Positions 56,247-64,000 of a stretch of 64,000 nucleotides of DNA are shown here, in pieces (within the stretch, counting starts at the first letter, position 1; each line of letters opens with the position of its first letter). The stretch covers positions 10,478,001-10,542,000 of the forward strand of contig OU015566.1 of the NCBI GenBank assembly GCA_907165135.1, read 5' to 3'. Position numbers and translations under genes: made by a program. The notes below the pieces were generated by a model. It had not been told where the DNA came from and searched no databases. It was given only the letters and a program-made list of their open reading frames with translations. The DNA is from Oikopleura dioica (Eukaryota > Animalia > Chordata).

Positions 56247-56599
56247 TTAAACCATTTGGCACAGTAAATACTTGCGAGAAAAAAATTCCAACTCTAGCGG
56301 TAGCGTTTGGAGCACTCGGATGAGCTCTCGAGCGCGGAGAGGAAGTCCGCGGCGCTTTCATCTCGGCGGCGCACGCATCTGAAATAGGAAGGAAAACAGC
56401 ACTCTGGTAATTTATCGTTACTTCCGTTCTCACCGGAAAAAACTCTGTCATCATATGAATAAACTTTACCACTGTAAATAAAATCATTTCAACATACTTT
56501 TCGATCACATTCCAAATTGGAATTGGATTGAATCTATCCACCATAAATGCGTTAAAACTGTCATAGACACGCAAACATCACTCTTAGCTGGTTATTTAT

Positions 56600-56710
56600 A
56601 TTGTATCTTGCAAGAACAGCTGCAACAGTAACCTTTTTGAACAAGCTCATCCTGTAAATTTATTGCGTGAAATCAACACATTGGCCAGGTCAATGGCCAT
56701 ATAAAGTATT
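56600..56710 (+). promoter_or_regulatory. Probable proximal promoter of the MyBP-C gene
   Basis: TATAAAG at about 56700, roughly 100 nt before the ATG; E-box CAGCTG and an A/T-rich element just upstream. Confidence 0.4.
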
Positions 56711-56803
56711 TTTCATTACTCAGTAGCTTATCCACAGCTTATCACCACTGATTATTCCACAGAGAGCGGCCTAGAATCAGTTCTAGCTATCAAAGCAGAG
56801 AGC

Positions 56804-59800
56804 ATGGCTGGTGAGTTTACTGCCTCTTTTATTTTTTAAATATTTCCGAGCGAGATTTTTATGTAGCTCGGTAGATGGACATTCTTCATAGTACAGTTGA
56901 TATAATTTTGTTTTAATCTTGATACACCGATTCACGGAAATTATTAAGACGAACAACCTGCCGCCGCCCCCGCCGAAGAGGTGCCCGCTGAGGCTGCCCC
57001 AGCCGAAGAGGCCGCCCCCGCCGAAGAAGCCGCCCCCGCTGAGGAAGAGCAAAAGATCGACCCTGAGTACCCCAAGCCCGATCCCTTTACTGCTTCCGCT
57101 GCTGATGTCTCTGCTCCTGAAGCTGGCTCTGCTGTTGCCTACGTCAACGTAGCTGGTGGTATCCCTGATGCCGCTACTTCTGTTGTTGCTGACGGCTTCG
57201 AAGTCACTGGTGCTGCTCCTACTTTTACTTTGACGAAAAAGAACATTGGATTTGGCGATGCCACCAAGTTTTCTTACACTGCTACCTGTGGCGAAGAATC
57301 TGATAACGGAAGCTTCAGCATCAAGGTAACACATTATCACGTGATAAAAAGGTCAACGATACACTTTTATCACTTTTTAGTTTTCGTTCAACTATTCTCT
57401 AGGTCGGCCCAGCTGCTGCCTACGAATACGAAGGCAAGTACCCTAAGGGAGTTGCCGCCGAAGATGCTGAATTCCGAGCCGCTCTCCGAAAAGTCCAGAA
57501 ATTCTCTATCGGCAAGAAGGTTTCTGATGCTAAAGAAGATATTTGGGCTCTTCTCAAGTCCGCTAATCCTCGTGAATACGATAGAATCGCATTCAACTGG
57601 GGCATCAATGATTTGCGAAAGCTTTTGAAAACTCTTGCTAACGCTAAGAAAAACAACAAGAAGTCTACTTCTTTCCCAACTAAGCTTGACGATACTCAAT
57701 GCAGCAATATCGGTGACAAGATCACTCTCGCCGTCGTTACCGCTAATGAGGCCATGAATGTCAAGTGGGTATGTAAAATTGAATTCATTAGAATGGGTTT
57801 ATTTCAATCATTTAGAGCTTCAATGGCAAGGATGTCGGCAAGCTCGCCCGACCTCTCGCCAAGGGCTGCAACAAGCAGCTCATTATCGACTCTGTCGGTC
57901 TCGAACACCACGGTCAGTGGGCCGCTACTGTTGGTGAGGACAAGACCTGCTGTGAAGTTTTCGTCCGAAAACCAGCTGTCACTCTCACCTCTGGATTCTC
58001 TGATGTCCAGGCTTCTGCCGGTGAGGAGGTCACTTTTACCGCCACTATGTCCGCTGATGATGGTCGATACAAACTTCTTAAGGACGGTATCGAGTTCGGT
58101 ACTACCGACAAGATTTCTGTTACCCAGGAGGGTACCAAGATCACTGCTGTCGTCCACAAGATCACCTCCGAAGATTCTGGCTTCTACCAGATCAAGGTCA
58201 ACGGTGGCTCTTCTTTCGCTGAACTCATCGTCTCTGGTGCCGCTGAGGCTCCCAAACCATTGTACCAGATGAGCGTTTCTGGTGATGTTACTGTTGCTTG
58301 CGATCTTGCCGATGAAAAGGCCGCTGGCAAATGGTTCAAAGGAGGCAAGGCTGTCGCTGAATCTGATCGAGTTGTCATCGAGGCTGATGGAGTTTCCCGA
58401 AAGCTCAATATCTCTGCCTTCGCTGCGATTGACGTTGGTACATACGAGTTCAGAACCGAGGGTGCTGCCAAGCCAGCGACATCTTTCTCTGTGACTGCCA
58501 ACGGTCTTTCTACTTCCCTTGGGCTCCCACAGGTTGCTCTTTCCGCTGGCGATCTTGGCCTTACCACTCGAGGCACTGCTTCCTTTACCGTTGCTGCCGC
58601 TGAGAAGGTCGCTCTTACCTCTGAGGGCAAAGAAGTCTCTTTCGACGGTGGACGTATGAAGTTTGTCGAATCCCCGACCGCGATGATCATTGAGAACGCC
58701 TGGGCTACTGACTCTGGCAAATACGACTTCGGCGACAAATCTATCAACGTCGCTGTCTTCGATGTCCCCACTCAGCCTGGTAAACCCGTCATCTCCGACC
58801 TCACCGATGAGACCTGCCGAGTTGACTGGACCCCACCTAAGTCCAACGGTGGCTCGAACATTACCTCCTACACCGTTCAGCGAAAGCGAAAGGGAGAGAC
58901 TACTTGGGTCTCAGTTGGCTCTGCTACTCTCCACAACTACCTCGCCCGACGACTTGTCGATGGGCAGTCCTACCAGGTCCGAGTTATCGCTAACTCCGCT
59001 ATCGGCGCTGGCGAGCCCTCTGATGTCTCTGAACCATTCACTCCTCTTGCTCCTTCAGGACCAGTTACTTCTCTTCGAGCTGGCAAGCAGACTGATACTG
59101 CTATCGAACTCAAGTGGAACATTCCTGAAGAAATCGGTGCTGCTGGTATTGACGGATATGCCATCCAACTTCAGATCCTCCCAGGTGGTCTTCGAGATGC
59201 TGACCCCGCTGCCGCTACTGAGGAAGGCTGGAAGGAAGCTGTTGCTGGCTATGTTGACGCCACTGAGAGCTCTGTCAACCTTGTTCGACTGACTACTGGC
59301 AAGAACTACATGTTCCGAATGACCGCCAAGAACCAGGCCGGTTCCTCTTCTTGGGCTACTCTTGGTCCCGTCTGTTGCGCTGCTAGCGTCGAGGACCCCA
59401 AGATCCTTCTCCCACGAAACCTTAAGAAGACCCTCAAGATCAACGTCAATGATAAAGTCCACGTCAACGTTCCCTTCCAGGGAGCTCCCAAGCCAAAGGT
59501 TACCTGGACCAAGCTCGTCGAGGTCTGGCCCGAACCCATTCCAGCTGCTGAAGAAGGTGGTGAGCCCACTCAACCTCCAGCTGAGATCAAGGAAGAACCA
59601 CTTGATAGCGCATTCACCGTCCGAACTACTAATGACTCCTCTGTAATCTTTGTCCGAAACGCTTCTCGGGCTGAGACTGGCACCTACAAGATCACTGTCG
59701 AGGTACAGGATCTCTCTGCTTCCGCTACAATCGATATTGCCGTCGTCGATGTTCCATCTAAGCCAAGAAAGCTCCAGATTGTTGAAACCATCGGCACCTC

Positions 59801-60401
59801 TGTTCAGCTCCAGTGGGAAGCCCCCAAAGACAACGGAAATCTCGATATTCTCGGATACTCTGTTGATAAACGAGACAAGCGATCTGGCCCAGACAGTGAA
59901 TGGTATGTTGTCTATGACAAAGTTCGACACTGCAACGCTAATATTGACGAACTCATCGTTGGAAACGACTACCAGTTCCGAGTTCGAGCCATCAATGAAG
60001 TTGGCGCTGGAGAAGGCACTGCTACCAAAGAGTTCGCTACTATTGCCAAGGAAACAACTACCTACACTAAGCCCGCTTACCCAGAGATGAACTTCGACAT
60101 CACCCCCGAGTTCACTACTCCTCTCAACAACAGAAAGATCATGCTTGGCTATTCTGGTACTATCACCTGTGCTTTGAAGGCCAACCCCAGACCAAAGATC
60201 CGATGGTTCAAGAATAAGATGGAGATCATCGACAACCCCAAGTACAAAATGAGCTGGGGACAGGGTATCATTCAGCTTGAAATCCGACGCGCTCGACTTG
60301 GCGATGCTGGAACCTACACCGTTCAAGCTGAAAACGATCTCGGAACCGTTACTCAATCCTGTGAAGTTGCTGTCCGAGAGGCCCAGAACTTCAGTTTCTA
60401 A
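56804..60401 (+). CDS. MYBPC: Myosin-binding protein C (P/A/E-rich N-terminus, Ig, M-motif, Ig domains, FN3-FN3-Ig-FN3-Ig)
   Basis: ATGGCTG|gt micro first exon; PAEEAA repeats; the M-domain tri-helix EDIWALLKSANPREYDRIAFNWGINDLRKLLKTL; and the C6-C10 order of FN3/Ig domains ending NPRPKIRWFKNK...LEIRR. The last exon is about 2.6 kb. Confidence 0.9.
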
Positions 60402-60639
60402 ATAAATTTCTAGTGATATACAAACGACTCTGTACAGTTTTCATGCTTTATAAACATATAAATTGCACAATCTTATAAACTTTGACATTTCATTGCGAAA
60501 TTAATGAGATGCAAAAAAAATTCAGCCGCATTAGGTGGCCAGCTTATGCAAAGGCCCCTCATTAGCCTCAATAAGTCCTCGTGCTAATTTAATTTATTCA
60601 GTTTTGACATAAGTAGAATTTACTGTTACTCAGAACTCA

Positions 60640-60647
60640 TATAAAAG
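60640..60647 (+). promoter_or_regulatory. TATA box of the mucin-like gene
   Basis: TATAAAAG about 45 nt upstream of the ATG at 60691. Confidence 0.5.
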
Positions 60648-60690
60648 GCATATTTGACGAAATAAGCAGTTTTCATATCAGTTTATAAAA

Positions 60691-62332
60691 ATGAGAGAAT
60701 GGGCTCTAATTTTTATCAGCGGAATTTCATGTCAGTTCACGACTGTAGCTTTTTTTGACGAGTTCACGACAATCGATACACCTGATCTGACAACAACAAC
60801 TAATGCGCCAACAACTACTACAACAGGAACAACAACTAGCGTCCCAACGACTACTATAACTACTACAACAGGAACAACAACTCGCACCTTCGGGGGCACA
60901 GAAGTAGCGTTTACAACTGCCGCTTTTTTTGACGAGTTCACGACGATCGACACACCTGATCTGACAACTATTGAGCCAGCAACTCCTTCAACAGGAACAA
61001 CAACTAGCGTCCCAACAACTACTATCCCTACTACAACAGAAACAACAACTCGCACCTTTCAAGGCACAGAAGTAGCGTTTACCACTGCCGCTGTTTTTGA
61101 CGAGTTCACGACAATCGACACACCTGATCTGACAACAACTATTGAGCCAACAACTACTACAACAGGAACAACAACTCGCACCTTCGGAGGCACAGAAGTA
61201 GCGTTTACCACTGCCGCTGTTTTTGACGAATTTACAACAATGGACAATCTTGATACAACAACAACACTAGCAACAACTACTTCTACTGGCCTTGGATCCA
61301 CTGTTGGCTTCACTACTGATGTTGTTCCCGATGATGAGTTTACAACATCTGGCGGCTTAGGAGGCGCGCCTGGAACAACTGAAATGATTTACACAACAAT
61401 GCTCCCAACAACTACAACAACACAAATCACAACAACTACTACAGAGCTTCTCACGACGACAACATCTTCGGCGTCAACTATCGCAACTGATACGACTTCA
61501 ACAACCTTTCCTGAGTTTGACACTGACACAACAACTGCGGTAAATGGAGATGCAGGTGCTACTGGAATCGATCAATATGCACCAGGAGCAAATGCAGGAG
61601 AGCAAGTTTCGATGATGCCATACGGAGATGATGATCAAGCAGTTGCTGGCGCTTATGGCGATCCACATTTCATGGTCCGATCAGAGCACGGAGAGCCGAT
61701 CTGTTTCGATTACAACCCTCTTCTTGCTTCTAATAATATGCTTCTGCTTACTGATCCACGAACATCCCTTACTGTTCTTGCAAAACCAGAAGAGCGAGGC
61801 GATACTGGACGACTCTTCATGAGTGAATTGACCATCATGACACCAAATGCCGTTACTTTGACAATCAACTCTGCTGGTATTTTCCTCGACGGAGAAATCG
61901 TTTCAGAAGTCGGGGCAAAGAGTGGAATCCATGTCACATCCGATTTGACTTTCAGAACAACCTGGGCGAAAGACGGTAATCACGAGCATACAAACGTCGA
62001 AATCGAAGACGGTCCAATTTTCTTGATCAAAGGAAATCTCAAGAAGGAATCGCTTTCCTTTGCGATTATGGATGCTTCTGGAATCTCAAGAAAAGCAAAG
62101 GGAATTATCGGAGGTTTTATTGCGGACGATTCGTACATTATCCACAAGTCTAACGATACACCCACTCTTGGAGTTGTTCAAGCTGGGTAAGATCGATCGA
62201 TTTGATTTCCGTTGAAATAGAAAATATTCTAGCAAAAACTATGCATCCACTGAGTTGAAGCACTACCATCGCGAAGAAAAATGCTGGGTCATCGATGAAG
62301 AAGACGCCCTTCGAATGATCAGCAAAGTTTGA
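60691..62332 (+). CDS. Secreted Thr-rich mucin-like protein fused to an inter-alpha-trypsin-inhibitor heavy-chain C-terminal-like (GDPH) domain; oikosin-like candidate
   Basis: Signal-like MREWALIFISGISC; Thr-rich tandem repeats; AYGDPHFMVRSEHGEPICFDY...LLLTDPRTSLTV resembles ITIH DGDPHF..LCF..L..D..TG.TV. A second exon ends EKCWVIDEEDALRMISKV*. Confidence 0.8.
60733..61345 (+). repeat. Coding tandem repeat, 4-5 imperfect units of (EVAFTTAA[F/V]FDEFTTIDTPDLTT...TTTRTF[G/Q]GT)
   Basis: Units are visible at both DNA and protein level, with variable Thr-run length. Confidence 0.9.
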
Positions 62333-62387
62333 TTGCCTTTTTTTCATGTTGTTTTCTATGTTCTTTTTTACGAAATAAATTGAATAA

Positions 62388-63152
62388 TCAAAAGTGATGA
62401 CTCTGCTGTTTATCCTTGAAGATTCTAAGATCCGAAGGTCGACCTTGACCTGGCTGGTTTCGTAAAAACAGACAAATGCCAGTCTAAACTGGGTCTTTCA
62501 CAATTATGTTTTCGAAATTTCCGACAGAGCATTCATTTCGTATTTTATGCTTTTGGCCGTTACATAATTTCATTGCTTCGTCTTGGGTGCGTATTTGAGC
62601 TCCCCTAAATGGCCTCCATATAAGGTCGTGTGTTTTCATGTTCTGGTGTTTGCCCAACTCGCGTGATCTGGTGAAGGTTATGCAAGTAAATAGTGAAATT
62701 GCAGACATAAATAGCGCCGCGTTTTTCTCCGACTTCTCAATACAGACTTTATCTACGAGTCGAATCGCCGTTATAAAAACTACCGCGTTGGCAAACCAAA
62801 CGCCATTTTCCAAAATATTTTTTGTTGCAGAGAGCCTGAAAGCAAAATTAAAACTACAACATGCAGAAGTCTTTGAAGAAAGTTTTAAGCGCTGTCCAGG
62901 CTAGACCAGTTGCCCATTCTACCATCCGCCGATCGCCAATTCCATCTGGAATCAAAATCCAGGTAATAAACCGCTACTTTGACATTTCTAATGATTTTTC
63001 TAGCAAATGTTCCGCGCAATGTCCACTCAAATGACTCCAGGAAAACTCACCGACTTCCAAGGAGAAGAGTTCGACGAGGAAGCCTTCCATCTTTCCGAGG
63101 AATAAGCCCGAAGACAACAAAAGACGCACAACCTGCTTGCCAGAAGCATCAT
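62388..63152 (-). CDS. Uncharacterised protein with hydrophobic segments and a possible mitochondrial presequence
   Basis: MMLLASRLCVFCCLRAYSS...|RFITWILIPDG...|LSATKNILENGVWFANAVVFITAIRL... The ORF 62484-62813 is one exon. One junction appears to need a GC donor. Confidence 0.45.
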
Positions 63153-63379
63153 TTATTTTTACATGCCATCAAGCAATAAAATTCATCCTTGATAGAGTTA
63201 TTTGAATGCTGGAATTGTTTTATTTTAGAATTAATAGCAGTTTCTGTTCAGGAAGATTTTGTGTATAATTTTGAATTGTTGGTTATTGAAAAGGTAAAAC
63301 GCAGGAAGCAGAATCAAGAGAAGAAAATAGAACAGTTTGAAAGAAAAAAATGTACAGTAAAGAAATATATACAAATAAA

Positions 63380-64000
63380 TTAACGCCTTCTGGCTTTTTT
63401 CAAAAGTCGAGCTTGTATTCCACCCGGGGATATAACGATTTGCGACGATTTCTTTTAAAAATAAATAAGTGGAAAAACAAAGCATTCTCAAACCTGTTCC
63501 CAAGGCTCGCCATCAACTTGAACAGGAATATTCGACAGAAGTTGAATTCTAAAATGCGTCCCTTGAGCTATTCTGATGCCACTTCGGACAGCACTGCTAA
63601 TCGCGGCGAGATGGGAAAAGCCAGTGATTCCTAGAGAGGGTAGTAACAGTCAGCTATTGAGTTCAAATAACTCGTGAGGGGCGCGTGTTTTCTAAGGCGT
63701 GGTGGCGTGGAATCAAATGCAAAAATCAAAATGCAAACGCATGCAAGAAAAACGCGAATATGGTTCGATATGATACTGATCAAATATCAGTGATTTCCGA
63801 TTGCTTGAGTTGATATTCAAAATAAGCTACTTCTAGTAGGAGACTTCCCATGTTATTAATTCGAATCTATAATCTATGATGAGAATCTTAGATCAGTGTT
63901 TTTCTCCAAAGAAGCGCTATTTCTTTTTACCTATGCATTCTAATACTCCATCGGAAATATTCTGCGGAATCCACTTGCCCTCCTGCGATCCAGACGAGTG
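63380..64000 (-). CDS. DGKQ: Diacylglycerol kinase theta-like, 3' end (accessory domain)
   Basis: ISDGVLECI|GITGFSHLAAISSAVRSGIRIAQGTHFRIQLLSNIPVQVDGEPWEQ|...FLKKARRR* matches DGK-theta RSGIRIAQG..FR..L...PVQVDGEPW.Q. Confidence 0.9.

Noticed and set aside
59055-60356. 433-aa minus-strand ORF (and other long antisense ORFs at 56783-58771 and 60732-61313)
   Set aside because: These are shadows of the strongly codon-biased MyBP-C and mucin coding strands.

Overview
This is eukaryotic, AT-rich, very gene-dense DNA. Introns are mostly 30-60 nt and include GA-AG and GC-AG types. Several start codons sit just after an AG acceptor (trans-splicing-like), and some same-strand genes are packed like operons. 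Together this points to a larvacean tunicate of the Oikopleura type; that is an inference, not proven. Confident genes: SAMD15-like, an EF-hand Ca sensor, PAN3, a ZP-N+2xShKT protein, STK35/PDIK1L kinase, NPC2-like, MAP1LC3, PCED1/FAM113 esterase, a GRK4/5/6-type kinase, EDC3, AMACR, SLC44A1-like, odd-skipped-related, myosin-binding protein C, a Thr-rich mucin with an ITIH-type GDPH domain, and the 3' end of DGK-theta. About ten non-autonomous DNA transposons are present (hAT-like with 8-bp TSD, piggyBac-like with TTAA, Mutator-like with 9-bp TSD, and a TA-flanked element), often nested. The two most striking items are (1) a hAT MITE inside the first coding exon of AMACR that could be spliced out in frame as a GA-AG intron, and (2) the mucin/ITIH-C fusion, a possible covalent glycan cross-linker. 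I recognised no rRNA, tRNA, CRISPR array or transposase ORF. All exon models were assembled by eye, so coordinates of poorly conserved ends are approximate.
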